A DNA stretch of 64,000 nt from Methanomassiliicoccaceae archaeon (GCA_040776945.1 JAXGZN010000002.1:448001-512000), one strand, 5' to 3'; positions 30,130 through 41,198 are shown, counted from the first letter of the stretch. Notes: generated from the letters alone by a model not told the origin. Numbers and translations are program-made.

Positions 30130-30627
30130 ATGAGCGAGATCAGGATCAGGAAGCGCCGGCGCCTCAGGGAGAAGGAGATCAGGGCCCTGGGCGAAGAGAT
30201 CCGCTCTCGATTGGGGGTCGAAGCGTTCACTCCCGGCGAGGCCGTGGACCGGGGGGAGAGCACCGAATACGACGTTCTTTTCATCGGGAACAAGGTGCTC
30301 GGCATAGTCTACAAAGGAAAGGCCTTCCTTACCGTCCGAGGGTTGCTGAAATATCCAGCCGCCAAGGCCCATGTCACAGTGGACATGGGCGCGGTACCGT
30401 TCGTGACCAAGGGAGCGGACGTTATGGGGCCCGGGATCGTGGACGCTGACATCACCATAGCGCCCGGGGACCTCGTATGGGTCAAGGACGTCAAGCACGG
30501 CCGCCCTCTGATGATCGGAGAGGCCTTGGTGTCCGGAGACCACATGATGACCAAATCGCCGGGAAAGGCCATCAAGAGCATCCACCACGTGGCAGACAAG
30601 CTTTGGAAGGTCGACGAGGACAGCTGA
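30130..30627 (+). CDS. PUA-domain RNA-binding protein (Tma20/MCT-1-like)
   Basis: VDMGAVPFVTKGADVMGPGI; KLW terminus. Confidence 0.88.
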   Translation: MSEIRIRKRRRLREKEIRALGEEIRSRLGVEAFTPGEAVDRGESTEYDVLFIGNKVLGIVYKGKAFLTVRGLLKYPAAKAHVTVDMGAVPFVTKGADVMGPGIVDADITIAPGDLVWVKDVKHGRPLMIGEALVSGDHMMTKSPGKAIKSIHHVADKLWKVDEDS

Positions 30628-30949
30628 AGGCCGCCCTGCCCGGACGAGGCTTGCCGGACATCGGACCTATTCATATCACAATATTGCACATCTATCGCCG
30701 GCCAATATGCTTAAGGGGCGCTGATAGGTCCCCCCGTTCCTCCATTGGGCCGAGGACATATCACACGTTCCGCACCGAGGGAGAACGACGCGGGCGGGGG
30801 CACCGAGCCCCCATCCTCTCCCGGAACGTTCTAGGGCCATTCGGTCGGTCCAAGGGACAACATCGCCTATCTGGGACGGCTCAAATATTTGCGTCTTACT
30901 ATGTAAAAGCTAAATATCCCGGACCGCATAACCTCGGAACAGGGATGCC

Positions 30950-31333
30950 ATGGCACTACTCAGCAGAAAGCCTTTTAGCAAGAACAGGGAAGATGTTCCA
31001 GCCGTGGAGACGGACCAGTACATTGACCTAGGGGCCATGTACTTCGAGGAAGAGGGCTCTACGGGTGGGAAGGGAATGATCAAGCTAGCGGAAATATATC
31101 GCTACGAGGACCTTTCCGATCTCACCCAGCCGGTCTACGACGGCAACGTGCTGATCCTTGACTACTCCAACATAGCCAACGACACCGATACCCTGAAGAG
31201 GATCACCAGCGAGCTCAAGGCGGTGGCGAGGGACAACAGCGGTGATGTAGCGGCCATCGGGCATGATCTCATTGTGGTCACCCCCCGGGGCTTGAAGATC
31301 GACCGCAACAAGATACGGGGCGGCTTCCGCTAA
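30950..31333 (+). CDS. sepF: cell division protein SepF
   Basis: YIDL, GNVLILD, GDVAAIG, IVVTP motifs. Confidence 0.85.
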   Translation: MALLSRKPFSKNREDVPAVETDQYIDLGAMYFEEEGSTGGKGMIKLAEIYRYEDLSDLTQPVYDGNVLILDYSNIANDTDTLKRITSELKAVARDNSGDVAAIGHDLIVVTPRGLKIDRNKIRGGFR

Positions 31334-31405
31334 ACCCCCTTTTTCTTCAACCTCGGTCCTGCCAGCAGGGCCAAATATTATTATCTTGCCGACCGATAGA
31401 TCGCC

Positions 31406-32716
31406 GTGCCCGGTTCCAAGGTCATACATGACTGCGTGCATGGCAGCGTGAAGGTCGAAGGTGCCTTCCTAGAACTGCTGGAACGTCCCGAGCTGCAGCG
31501 GATGCACGGGATCCGCCAGCTCGGCCTGGCCAGCCTGGTCTTTCCCGGAGCGAACCATACCAGGTTCGAGCATTCGCTGGGGACCTATCATATGGCCGGG
31601 CTCATGGGCCGCTCTCTCGATCTCTCGGAGAGCGAGCGGGAAACGCTCCTCGCGGCGGCGATGCTCCACGATGTCGGGCATACCCCTTTCTCGCACACGC
31701 TGGAAGAGATAGTGCATGACCGCACGGGGGAGGACCACATGGGCATCACCATCGCGCTCGTCCGCGGCGATATACCTTCGCTCAGCGCGGAGGGGGAGAG
31801 GACCTTGGGGGCCATTTGCCCGATCGCCGATGTCCTGGAAAGGAACGGCATATCGACCTCCGAGGTGTGCAGGCTCATCGTGTCGTCCAGGTCAGAGCTG
31901 CGTCCGGGGCAGACATTGCTGGTCGAAGGCGGACAGGCGCATTTCGGCAGCCACAGATATCTGAGCCAGATGATCTCCGGACCGCTGGACGTGGACCAGA
32001 TGGACTACCTGAAGCGGGACGCCTACTACACCGGAGTAGCGCACGGCACGATAGATATAGATCGGCTGCTGCAAACCGTGGGAATATTCCATGGTGACCT
32101 GGTGATAAATAAAGGAGGCCTTGCCGCGGCCGAGGGGCTAATGGTGGCGAGGGCGCTGATGTACACCTCCGTATACTTCCACAAGACGGCCCGCATCGCC
32201 GAGCTAATGCTGTGCAAGGCGGTGGAGCACGCGCCGCCCGAGGTGCTCGGCGATGCGCATCTTATGAACGATTGCCAGCTTGTGTCAAGGCTCATGGCCT
32301 GCGGCGGAGCGACCTCAAGGATAATGACCATGCTCGAATACAGGAAACTGTACAAGAGGGCGGTGATGCTTCCGGTGTCCGGGCTGGAGGACGATAAACT
32401 GGGTCGGCTGGTGGAGCTTTCGGAGTACCGACGGAGGAAGGAGAAGGAACAGGAGATCGCCGACCGTGCCGGGATCGAGGAGCACGAGGTTCTCCTGGAC
32501 ATCCCGAACAGGTCCCTTCTGCTGTCCGAGCCTCGGATAGGAAAGACCGACATTCCCATACTCGACGGCGACAGGCTGAAGCCCCTTTCGCGGTACAGTC
32601 CGTTGGCCAAGGCCATCCAGACCCGCGGGGTCCACGACTGGGCGGTGATGGTGTCCGCCCCCCGCGAGCACCTCGGAGAGGTGGAGCGCGCGGCCCTCCG
32701 GGCATTGTTCGATTAG
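31406..32716 (+). CDS. HD-domain phosphohydrolase (SAMHD1/YdhJ-like)
   Basis: HTRFEHSLG, LHDVGH, DVDQMDYL, VYFHK. Confidence 0.9.
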   Translation: MPGSKVIHDCVHGSVKVEGAFLELLERPELQRMHGIRQLGLASLVFPGANHTRFEHSLGTYHMAGLMGRSLDLSESERETLLAAAMLHDVGHTPFSHTLEEIVHDRTGEDHMGITIALVRGDIPSLSAEGERTLGAICPIADVLERNGISTSEVCRLIVSSRSELRPGQTLLVEGGQAHFGSHRYLSQMISGPLDVDQMDYLKRDAYYTGVAHGTIDIDRLLQTVGIFHGDLVINKGGLAAAEGLMVARALMYTSVYFHKTARIAELMLCKAVEHAPPEVLGDAHLMNDCQLVSRLMACGGATSRIMTMLEYRKLYKRAVMLPVSGLEDDKLGRLVELSEYRRRKEKEQEIADRAGIEEHEVLLDIPNRSLLLSEPRIGKTDIPILDGDRLKPLSRYSPLAKAIQTRGVHDWAVMVSAPREHLGEVERAALRALFD

Positions 32717-34173
32717 CCCTTCATCACGCCGATCGGGGTCAAGCGCGCGACCTTGCGGGACAGCCCGGCGCCGACCACGACGTCGATCACCGATTCGATG
32801 TTCTTGTAGGCCTCCGGGGCCTCCTCCAGGATGCCGTCCTTGGTCGCAGATTTCAGGAAGATGCCTTTGGACGACAGAGAGTCCTGAATGCCCTTCACCG
32901 TGAACGAACGGATGGCCTCGTTCCTGGACATGACCCGGCCGGCCCCGTGGCAGGTGGAACCGAAAGCCTCCTCCATGGCGCGCTCGGTACCCACCAGGAC
33001 GTAGCTGCCGCTTCGCATGTCTCCCGGGATGAGCACCGGCTGGCCGATCGCGCGGTATCTATCGGGCACCTCGGGCCGATCGCGGGGGAAGGCCCTGGTG
33101 GCACCCTTGCGATGGACCACGGTCCTCCGCGGCCTGCCATCGACGGTGTGCTCCTCCATCTTGGCGATGTTGTGCGCCACGTCGTACACCTGATGCATCC
33201 CCATGCTCTCGGCGTCACGCTTAAAGTGCTCCTCGAACGACTGCCTGATCCAATGAAGTATCATCTGGCGGTTGGCCCATGCGAAGTTGGCCCCGCAGGA
33301 CATGGCCTTGAAATAGTCCTCCCCTTCCTTGGAGCGAAGAGGTGCGCAGGCCAGCTGTCTGTCCGGAAGCTGCAGCCCGCTCTTCTTGATGTAACGCTCC
33401 ATGACCTGCAGATAATCGGTGGCGATCTGGTGACCGCAGCCCCGTGAACCACAGTGCACCGAAACGGTGACCTGCCCCTCCCTTAGACCAAAGGCCTTGG
33501 CCGCCATCTCATCGAAGACCTTGTCCACGACATCGATCTCGAGGAAGTGATTCCCCGAGCCGAGGGAACCGACCTGAGGTATGCCTCTCTGCTTGGCCTT
33601 GGTGCTGACCTTGCCGGGGTCGGCGGATCTCATCCGGCCCCCTTCCTCTGTTGCCTCAAGGTCCTCAGGCCAGCCATAGCCGCTCTCCACCGCCCATTCC
33701 GCGCCCAGGAGCAAAATGTCATCTATCTTGGCGGCCGCGACATCCACGACCCCCTGCGAGCCGACCCCCGCAGGAACGTTATTGAACAGCGTCCCTATGA
33801 GGTCCTTGATGCCAGGGCGGACGTCCGCTGTCTCGAGATCGGTCGCTATCAGCCTCACTCCACAATTGATGTCGAACCCGATCCCACCGGGCGATATCAC
33901 GCCCTCTTCGGCGTCCATAGCCGCCACCCCGCCGATGGGGAACCCGTACCCCCAGTGGATATCAGGCATGGCCAGGGAGTTGCCCACGATACCTGGAAGG
34001 AACGCCACGTTGGCCGCCTGCTCTGGAGCGTTGTCCTCTCTCAGGCTGGGGACCATGCGTTCGCTCGCATAGATCACGGCGTCCGTGCGCATCCCGCTCT
34101 TATAGCTCCTCGGTATCTTCCAGCGAAATTCATCGATCTTCTCCAGCGGTCCAGCATATCTCACGGCGCTCAC
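32713..34173 (-). CDS. rtcB: RNA-splicing ligase RtcB
   Basis: MPDIHWGYG, DINCG, GSGNHF, HRKGAT, HGAGR; no intein visible. Confidence 0.96.
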   Translation of the reverse strand: MSAVRYAGPLEKIDEFRWKIPRSYKSGMRTDAVIYASERMVPSLREDNAPEQAANVAFLPGIVGNSLAMPDIHWGYGFPIGGVAAMDAEEGVISPGGIGFDINCGVRLIATDLETADVRPGIKDLIGTLFNNVPAGVGSQGVVDVAAAKIDDILLLGAEWAVESGYGWPEDLEATEEGGRMRSADPGKVSTKAKQRGIPQVGSLGSGNHFLEIDVVDKVFDEMAAKAFGLREGQVTVSVHCGSRGCGHQIATDYLQVMERYIKKSGLQLPDRQLACAPLRSKEGEDYFKAMSCGANFAWANRQMILHWIRQSFEEHFKRDAESMGMHQVYDVAHNIAKMEEHTVDGRPRRTVVHRKGATRAFPRDRPEVPDRYRAIGQPVLIPGDMRSGSYVLVGTERAMEEAFGSTCHGAGRVMSRNEAIRSFTVKGIQDSLSSKGIFLKSATKDGILEEAPEAYKNIESVIDVVVGAGLSRKVARLTPIGVMKG

Positions 34174-34303
34174 CGGGGCGGACTATGGGAGGCCAACGAT
34201 TTAATCTCTTTCGGAAACCGAAGATGTGTTCGCCGCCGTCTCCGGGCAGGGGAGAAGGTTTTTATCGGCCGAACACATCGTATGTAGGGGTGTTAAATCG
34301 GCA

Positions 34304-35428
34304 GTGTCGGATAGGCCTGACCCGTCGAACCAGTCGACGGAGGTTGAGGTCCGGGTCTGCAGGGACGGTGACGAGGCAGCCATAGTTCCGTTCCTCGAGG
34401 CCAACATGGGCTGGCCGGCCACCAGCACTGCCGTGGACCATATTGAGCATTGGAGATGGAAGTTCCTATCGAACCCCCTGGGCTTTCACTTGGTCTGCGT
34501 GGCCCTTCACGATGGAAAGGTCGTCTCCCATTCAGCCTCCATGCCCGTCAGGATGAAGATAGGGGACCATACGGTGATCGCGTCCCAGGGGGTGGACCTA
34601 TGCACGCACCCGGACTTCAGGGGCGCCGGCCTCATAGGCCGGACCATGGCCTGCCGCAACCAAATGAAGGACGTTCACAAGGTGGACCTTGATTTTGGTT
34701 TCCCAAACTCCGCATCGTACAAACTTAGCGTGACCAAGCAGGGCTTCCGCGACCTGGGCATCGTGATGCTCCAGCATCGCTACATCATCGACGGGGCGCA
34801 GTTCTTCCGAAAGGTCCGCTACGGCTCCATAAAAAGGTTTGGCCATTCCAGCTATCAGGTCCTCAGGCGCTCCCTCGGCCCTAGGATCGATGTAGGGGGA
34901 GGCATCACCATGGGCAGCGAGGCCGACCTGGGGAACGAGTTCGACGAGCTCTTCGAGAGGGCCAGCGGCTCTTTCGATATGATCATCGTTCGCGACAGCG
35001 GATATCTGAGGTGGAGATACTGCGACCCTCGGGCAGGCGACTTCGTCGTCCGCACAGTCAGGAACAAGGGCCGGCTGGCCGGCTACATGGTAATGCGCGA
35101 GGAGATCAAGGACGGATCCCGATTCCTAAACATCGTCGACTGCCTGGCCGACCCCCGCTCGCCCAACGCGGTCACGCTGCTGCTAAAGGACTGCATCTCC
35201 ATGGCCAAGAGCATGGACATCGAGACCGTGCTGTGCTGCCTGCCCGAGGGACACCCCTACGGCAAGAGGATGACCGAGATCGGCTTCTTGTCGCAGGTGA
35301 GGTTCACGGGGGAGCTGGAGATGAAGGTCATAGCTCTGGAGAGGGACAAGGGAGGTCCCCTGATGGCCGCTCTTACCAAGAAAGGCCTGCGCCCCCATAT
35401 CATGCTGGGGGACACGGACTGGGTATGA
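34304..35428 (+). CDS. GNAT family N-acetyltransferase (tandem domains)
   Basis: THPDFRGAG, FGFPN, YLRWRY; start codon inferred. Confidence 0.82.
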   Translation: MSDRPDPSNQSTEVEVRVCRDGDEAAIVPFLEANMGWPATSTAVDHIEHWRWKFLSNPLGFHLVCVALHDGKVVSHSASMPVRMKIGDHTVIASQGVDLCTHPDFRGAGLIGRTMACRNQMKDVHKVDLDFGFPNSASYKLSVTKQGFRDLGIVMLQHRYIIDGAQFFRKVRYGSIKRFGHSSYQVLRRSLGPRIDVGGGITMGSEADLGNEFDELFERASGSFDMIIVRDSGYLRWRYCDPRAGDFVVRTVRNKGRLAGYMVMREEIKDGSRFLNIVDCLADPRSPNAVTLLLKDCISMAKSMDIETVLCCLPEGHPYGKRMTEIGFLSQVRFTGELEMKVIALERDKGGPLMAALTKKGLRPHIMLGDTDWV

Positions 35429-35575
35429 GCTCGGACCAAGCGGTCCATCCGGCCGCAGCCCGTATAGGCGACCTGCCCCTCGGTTCGCATTTTGCGACCA
35501 AGGTCGCTCATTATTAGTAGTCAAGGATGTTTCGTTCGACCAGTAACTGGAGGCGCGTCCATCCATTCCGCAGAG

Positions 35576-36739
35576 ATGCTGGTGACCGGGATAGTCTGCC
35601 TTGGCATGAGCCTATTGATCATCAAGAGGAACCCCTATCTCAAGATATCTCAGCTGTTCCTTATCACCATGAGCATGGTGGCCATATATACATCCAGCAT
35701 GTTCATGCTGCGCAACGCGGGGAGCTATGAAATGGCGATCCTATTCGCTCACCTCTCGCTCACCACCGGCGTTCTGACGACCTCATCCATGCTATACTTC
35801 TCTGTTTACCCACCGTTCGATGTCCAGGGCTCATGGCCGGTGAAAAGGAAGTATAGTTTCATACTATCGGCCACGGCCGCCGCCATCATTATAGGGGCCC
35901 TGCCGGTCAAGGTCACGACCGGAAACATGGGATATTGGTGGGTCCCTACTGAATGGACCTTCTTGTGGATCGGCGCGCTGGCGGCGCTCACATTGCCGGC
36001 GGTGCTGTTCCTTAACCGTGCTTGGGACAGGGCTGAGGATGAGAGGCTCCGGCGCCGATACACCCTTCTGTCCGTAGCATTGCTCTTCCCCTTCACCATA
36101 ACCATGCTGGATGTTTTCCTGGCATGGTCGGTAGTGGACCTATACTCCCTGCTGCCGTGGGGTTTGCTGGCCACTGGTTCGATATTCGCGTTCATCATCA
36201 TCGACTATCGGCCGTTCAATCTGCCCGCTTCCGCTCCCCGGGACGAGGGGGGGACCGTCGCCATGCCCGATGTCGTCCTCCTAAGCGGTCATTGTGACCT
36301 GGTCAAGAGCAAGAAGACCGACGCGGCCTACCGCATGTTCCTGGGCGAGATGGAGAGTGGAAGCAGAGGCTTGATAATCACAAACCTCCACCCTGGGCAA
36401 GTGAAAGAGAGATACGGCCCCATCAAGGCCCAGATCTTGTGGCTTTCAAGCCAGCCGGGCAGCGATCGGCTCGACCCCACCGCCCTGACCATCATCCAAC
36501 ATACCATGGTGGACTTCCTCCAGAAGGGGGACAAGTCCGTAATCCTGCTGGACGGCTTGGACCATCTCATATCGGAGAACCAGCTGGAAAAGGTGCTGAA
36601 GCTCATCTACGCCGTGCACGATGCGGTGGTCGTCTCTGGAGCAAAGCTCATAGTGCCGGTGGACCCCCTGACCATCAACACCAAGGACCTGGCGTTCATA
36701 GAGAAGGAGTTCGTGGTCATAGAAGAGGTCCCGGCCTGA
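35576..36739 (+). CDS. multi-TM protein with C-terminal DUF835 domain
   Basis: N-terminal TMs; C-terminal LWLS, LDGLDHLISEN, LIVPVDP. Confidence 0.8.
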   Translation: MLVTGIVCLGMSLLIIKRNPYLKISQLFLITMSMVAIYTSSMFMLRNAGSYEMAILFAHLSLTTGVLTTSSMLYFSVYPPFDVQGSWPVKRKYSFILSATAAAIIIGALPVKVTTGNMGYWWVPTEWTFLWIGALAALTLPAVLFLNRAWDRAEDERLRRRYTLLSVALLFPFTITMLDVFLAWSVVDLYSLLPWGLLATGSIFAFIIIDYRPFNLPASAPRDEGGTVAMPDVVLLSGHCDLVKSKKTDAAYRMFLGEMESGSRGLIITNLHPGQVKERYGPIKAQILWLSSQPGSDRLDPTALTIIQHTMVDFLQKGDKSVILLDGLDHLISENQLEKVLKLIYAVHDAVVVSGAKLIVPVDPLTINTKDLAFIEKEFVVIEEVPA

Positions 36740-36804
36740 ACCAGCGTTGGCCCGTCTGGTCGCCGGCGCTTCCGGCCATAAGAAGATGGATGAGCTGAAA
36801 AGGG

Positions 36805-36878
36805 GGCCGGGTCCGAGATTTGAACTCGAGTCTAGGGATCCACAGTCCCACAGGATGCCAGGCTACCCCAACCCGGCC
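36805..36878 (-). tRNA. tRNA-His (GTG) with encoded G-1
   Basis: GCCGGGT/ACCCGGC acceptor stem, anticodon loop CTGTGGA, T-loop TTCAAAT, C73; CCA not encoded; no intron. Confidence 0.93.
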
Positions 36879-37104
36879 GTAGCGGCAAGCCCTCAATGCC
36901 TTAATCTAATTAAATCTTTCTTCGCTTCCAGGCCACGCTAAGGCCTACTGCAGGTAAAGGAGCACCTGAAGGAACGCATGCCCCATCGACCTGGAGCAGT
37001 GCTGTCCAAGTTCCGCAAGACCTTTGAGCGACAATATGGGGCCAATAGTGTACATATCTCTACATAACGGTTAAGTGGGGCACCCATCTTCTGAGAGCGA
37101 AAAC

Positions 37105-38028
37105 ATGAAGAAGGACGTCATTTCAGTGCTTGACCTACGTGCGGATATCTCAGATATCCTCGGCTCGGCCTTGGAGCTGAAGAAGAGGAACGACAAGAGC
37201 GGTCAGCAGCTGAAGGGCAGGACCCTAGGCATGATATTCGAGAAATCGAGCACCCGCACCCGCGTATCCTTCGAGGCAGGCATGCTGCAGCTGGGCGGCC
37301 ATACAATATATCTCAGTCAAAGGGATTCGCAGCTGGGGAGGGGAGAGACCATCGGGGACACCGCCAAGGTCCTTAGCCGGTACGTCGATGGGATCGTGTA
37401 CCGGGCGTTCAGCCACGCCAATATGCTGGAGCTCGCCCGTGCGGCAACAGTGCCGGTGATAAACGCTCTTGACGACCTCGAGCACCCTTGCCAGATCGCC
37501 GCCGACCTCATGACCATCATGGAGCGGAAGGGATCTTTCCAGGGTCTCAAGCTGGCTTACATCGGTGATGGGAACAACGTCTGCAATTCACTGTCCCTAG
37601 GGGCCGCGATCGTAGGTATGGACTTTATGGCCGCCACACCTCCGGAGCATAGGCCGGACCCAGGAGCGATCGCTTCCGCCAGATCGATCGCCGAAAAGAA
37701 CGGGGCGGTCAGCGAGGTGGTGACCTCTCCGCAGGAGGCCGCAAGGGGAGCGGACGTGATCTATACCGACACGTGGATATCCATGGGCCAGGAGGACGAG
37801 GGACGGGAGAAGATGCGTGCCCTCGCCCCATATCATGTGAGCCAAGAGCTGATGTCAATGGCCAACAAGGGAAGCATTTTCATGCACTGTCTGCCGGCCC
37901 ATCGAGGGTCGGAGGTCGCCGCAGAGGTGATCGACGGGCCGCAGAGCGTCGTATTTGACCAGGCGGAGAACAGGATGCATGCTCAGAAGGCTATCCTGAT
38001 CAAACTGATGGCCCCATCTGCGCGCTGA
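37105..38028 (+). CDS. argF: ornithine carbamoyltransferase
   Basis: SSTRTR, HPCQ, SMG, HCLP. Confidence 0.95.
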   Translation: MKKDVISVLDLRADISDILGSALELKKRNDKSGQQLKGRTLGMIFEKSSTRTRVSFEAGMLQLGGHTIYLSQRDSQLGRGETIGDTAKVLSRYVDGIVYRAFSHANMLELARAATVPVINALDDLEHPCQIAADLMTIMERKGSFQGLKLAYIGDGNNVCNSLSLGAAIVGMDFMAATPPEHRPDPGAIASARSIAEKNGAVSEVVTSPQEAARGADVIYTDTWISMGQEDEGREKMRALAPYHVSQELMSMANKGSIFMHCLPAHRGSEVAAEVIDGPQSVVFDQAENRMHAQKAILIKLMAPSAR

Positions 38029-39589
38029 TGATGTCATCGATCGCCAGGAGGAACTCTTCCTCCCTCCCCTCCGGAACGGTGGCCCCGGCGGCGATGTTGT
38101 GACCTCCGCCATTGCCTCCCGCGATCTCCGCAGCGGATCTCATGGCCTGTGCGAGGTCCATGCCCCTTCGGACCAGGTCCTTGGTCCCCCGTCCCGATAC
38201 TTTGACGGTACAGGTACCATCCCCTGACTGGGCGAAGGCGATGAGAGGCCGGTCTGTCGGGAAGTTCCTGCTGCTAAGGAGCATGCCTGCGACTATGCCT
38301 ACGATGGTATCCCCTATCTCCGAGCCTCCATGGAAGTACCTGACGGCCTTAAGCTCGACCCCTTCCTTTGTCACCGTCCGAGCCATATGTGATGGGGAGA
38401 TCCTCACAAGGTCCAACGCCTCTCTGAGCCTGCGTCGATGATCGTCCTGCTGCTCGAGCGCGATGCATAGCGCTCCCTCCCGGTTCCCCAGGCATATCTG
38501 GAGCCCAACATCGGCACGCTCATGGCGGCCGCACGCGTTGAGCAGGGTGGAGAACTCCTTGGCGTCCAAGAGGGCTCTGGCGCTCGGCCTCCAAGCGAAG
38601 CCGTTGGAATCCTTGGGCGCTCCTTCCTCCAGTCCGGTCAACCATCCTAAGGGAGCGCCGGGAAGGTTCGGGGTCAACGTATACGCTTCGCCTATGAGAC
38701 GACGGACAAGAGGCAATCCCTTGCCTGAGTCCAAGATCCGTTCGACCAGAGCGCTCACTATGGTCCGCTTTTCATCCAGGCCCAACTGGCACCATGTTCT
38801 GAAGGAACCATCTTTTACGAGGACGATGCCCAGTTCTTCAAGGAAATCGATCACCGCCATCTTCTCCCCTTCCTCATCAACGGGGTCGACAAAGGCGGCA
38901 TCGGTCTTCACGCGCTCTCCAGTGATGAAGGGCATGAGCGACGGCTCCGATGAATATTGAAGAAGCGCGTGGACCGGGCGGGTCTGCCGGCCGAAGAGGC
39001 GGACATCCTTCTCCGCTGTGATCTGCCCCGAGGCAATGGCATCCCCCAGTATCGTCCGGTTGTAGCCTGCAAGCCGACCCTCGGCGGATTCCTGATAATC
39101 ACCTACTGCGCCTACCACGGCGAGCGCCGCCAGATCATCGTTATTGGGGCCCATGCGCTTCGCGACAGCATAGGTCACGCCGGCCCCTGAGACCTCCGAA
39201 GAACCATCGATGCCGAACATATGGGGGTTCACGTGACCTTTCCGTTCCGATCTCCCCCCAAGGTCCACCTGGTGGTGGTCGGTGATGATGAACCTCTCAC
39301 TGTCCAGAGAAGAGAGCGCTCCGCTGCCGAGATCGACGAACCAAACCTTCTCTGCCGGGTGGGCTGCGGCCCTATTGACCTCCAAAGCATCCAGTTTCTT
39401 GACGAACATAATCTCTCTGGGTATCTTCGCCCTGTCCAGAGCGAAGTCTGCAATGGACGCTGCGGTTATCCCGTCGGCATCGATGTGTCCGATCACCAGG
39501 ACTGACGCTGAGGACAAGAGCATTTCAGCGGCGACGGCAGCCGACGCCTCGAAGCCGTGGACGTCCCTCCCAGGCGTCATGCGCGGCAA
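38000..39589 (-). CDS. DHH-family RecJ-like nuclease (GAN/Cdc45-like)
   Basis: HIDADG, DHH, AVGD, GGGHNIAAG. Confidence 0.88.
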   Translation of the reverse strand: MPRMTPGRDVHGFEASAAVAAEMLLSSASVLVIGHIDADGITAASIADFALDRAKIPREIMFVKKLDALEVNRAAAHPAEKVWFVDLGSGALSSLDSERFIITDHHQVDLGGRSERKGHVNPHMFGIDGSSEVSGAGVTYAVAKRMGPNNDDLAALAVVGAVGDYQESAEGRLAGYNRTILGDAIASGQITAEKDVRLFGRQTRPVHALLQYSSEPSLMPFITGERVKTDAAFVDPVDEEGEKMAVIDFLEELGIVLVKDGSFRTWCQLGLDEKRTIVSALVERILDSGKGLPLVRRLIGEAYTLTPNLPGAPLGWLTGLEEGAPKDSNGFAWRPSARALLDAKEFSTLLNACGRHERADVGLQICLGNREGALCIALEQQDDHRRRLREALDLVRISPSHMARTVTKEGVELKAVRYFHGGSEIGDTIVGIVAGMLLSSRNFPTDRPLIAFAQSGDGTCTVKVSGRGTKDLVRRGMDLAQAMRSAAEIAGGNGGGHNIAAGATVPEGREEEFLLAIDDIISAQMGPSV

Positions 39590-40350
39590 TCCTCGCAGAA
39601 GCTGGCTATGCGGCCCCTGAGCACACCGTAGACATGATCGGCGATGGGGCGCAGGTTCACGGTGTCCTCCTCGTTATATCTCTTGAGGAGCTTCAAGGCG
39701 TTCTTGCTTCCCGACCGCTCCCACGCCCTCCATAGATATACGGCCTCTTCCCCGGTGACGTACTCCACCTCCCTTGCCCGGCACATGCCGAGCTGCTTCT
39801 CGACGGACTTCAGTCCCCCTGCGAGCCCGATCCGGCGGCAGGCATGCCGCAGGTCGAAGTGGGGGACCCGGGGTACCATCAAAGGATAATGGAATCCCAG
39901 GATGGGAAGGTCGAAAGAACTGCCGTTGAAGGTGACAAGAAGCTTCACTCCGTCAAGGGCCTTGGCGAGAGAGGCGGAGGTAAGGTCCTGGCCCCTGACC
40001 AGGGTGGTCGAACATCCGTCGCGGTAGATCCCTACGACGGTGACGTTCGCGTACGCCGCGCGCCCGTCCGTCTCGATATCAAGGTAGGCCGCGTCCCTTT
40101 TAAACCGTTCATAAAGCCTCCAGTGCTCGGCAGTTGGCAATATCTTGGAGAAATAGTCGGTCAATCCTCGTTCGAGAAAACCATCGGCCCGATCGAGGTG
40201 TCGGTCCATGGCCTCCTTCCTCTGGGCCGATATCCCTTTGACCTTCATCTCTCCGCGGAACTCATCCCAGTCCCGGACCCCGCTCTTCCATAGGTTCCTC
40301 TCCTTACCGTTCCCCACTGAGGGCAGGATCTGAAATGTGTTCCGGATCAC
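39577..40350 (-). CDS. RNase H-like DEDD exonuclease (YprB/MrfB-like)
   Basis: LDIETDG, TFNGSSFDLP, YNEED. Confidence 0.85.
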   Translation of the reverse strand: MIRNTFQILPSVGNGKERNLWKSGVRDWDEFRGEMKVKGISAQRKEAMDRHLDRADGFLERGLTDYFSKILPTAEHWRLYERFKRDAAYLDIETDGRAAYANVTVVGIYRDGCSTTLVRGQDLTSASLAKALDGVKLLVTFNGSSFDLPILGFHYPLMVPRVPHFDLRHACRRIGLAGGLKSVEKQLGMCRAREVEYVTGEEAVYLWRAWERSGSKNALKLLKRYNEEDTVNLRPIADHVYGVLRGRIASFCEDCRA

Positions 40351-40472
40351 AAAGCCTCATGCCCCGCCTCGGTTGATACATCTTTCGGAGGGCCTGTCGA
40401 AAGTGCGGAGATAAAGTACAAATAGTGTTCCTTGTTTGAAACATTGCCTGAAAGGGCTGGACCGTTAAATGC

Positions 40473-41198
40473 ATGGATGAAATGGAGGTATTCGAGAACG
40501 TGTTCATCTCCTCTGACCTATGCCTGCATCTTCCTGAGGAGAGGACGGTCGTCATCGCCGACCTCCATATCGGATATGAATCTGCCCTGGAGGCCGATGG
40601 GGTCCATATACCAAGGATCCAGACTAACGCGGTCATAAGTTCCCTGAACAGGCTAGTGGACAAGCACGAGCCCGATCGCTTGGTCGTCCTGGGTGACCTG
40701 AAGCACGAGTTCAGCCGTAACCTTGGACAGGAGATGAAAGATGTCCGCGCAGTGCTGGACAGTGTCTCAGATCGGACCGAGATAGTTCTGGTCAAAGGCA
40801 ATCACGATAATTATATCGAGAACATAGTCTCCCGCATACAGGTCCCTGTGGTGCCTCGATATAGGGCGGCAGGGGTTACGTTCGTCCACGGCCACACGCC
40901 ATGCTCGGATCGACCCCTGGTGATGGCGCATGAGCATCCTTCCATAAAGATCGTGGACCGGGTAGGAGCATACCTCAAGTTGCCTTGTCATGTCTGGCTC
41001 AAGAACGAGCGCGTCCTCGTTCTCCCGGCATACAGCCCTCTCGCATCGGGAACGGACCTTACCGGCATACATTCGAACGACTGCCTGTCGCCTGTCCTTA
41101 GGGACTGTGATGTTCGCAACGCCGAAATTTTCGCATGCAGCGACATAGGCCTGTTGCCGCTTGGTAGATTATCTTCATTAGATGGTTTCAGGCTTTAG
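40473..41198 (+). CDS. calcineurin-like metallophosphoesterase
   Basis: ADLHIG, GDLKH, GNHD, HGH, HEHP. Confidence 0.88.
   Translation: MDEMEVFENVFISSDLCLHLPEERTVVIADLHIGYESALEADGVHIPRIQTNAVISSLNRLVDKHEPDRLVVLGDLKHEFSRNLGQEMKDVRAVLDSVSDRTEIVLVKGNHDNYIENIVSRIQVPVVPRYRAAGVTFVHGHTPCSDRPLVMAHEHPSIKIVDRVGAYLKLPCHVWLKNERVLVLPAYSPLASGTDLTGIHSNDCLSPVLRDCDVRNAEIFACSDIGLLPLGRLSSLDGFRL

Noticed and set aside
36780-37100. tRNA-His as an integration site for a mobile element
   Set aside because: No integrase, duplicated tRNA 3' end or transposase seen in the window
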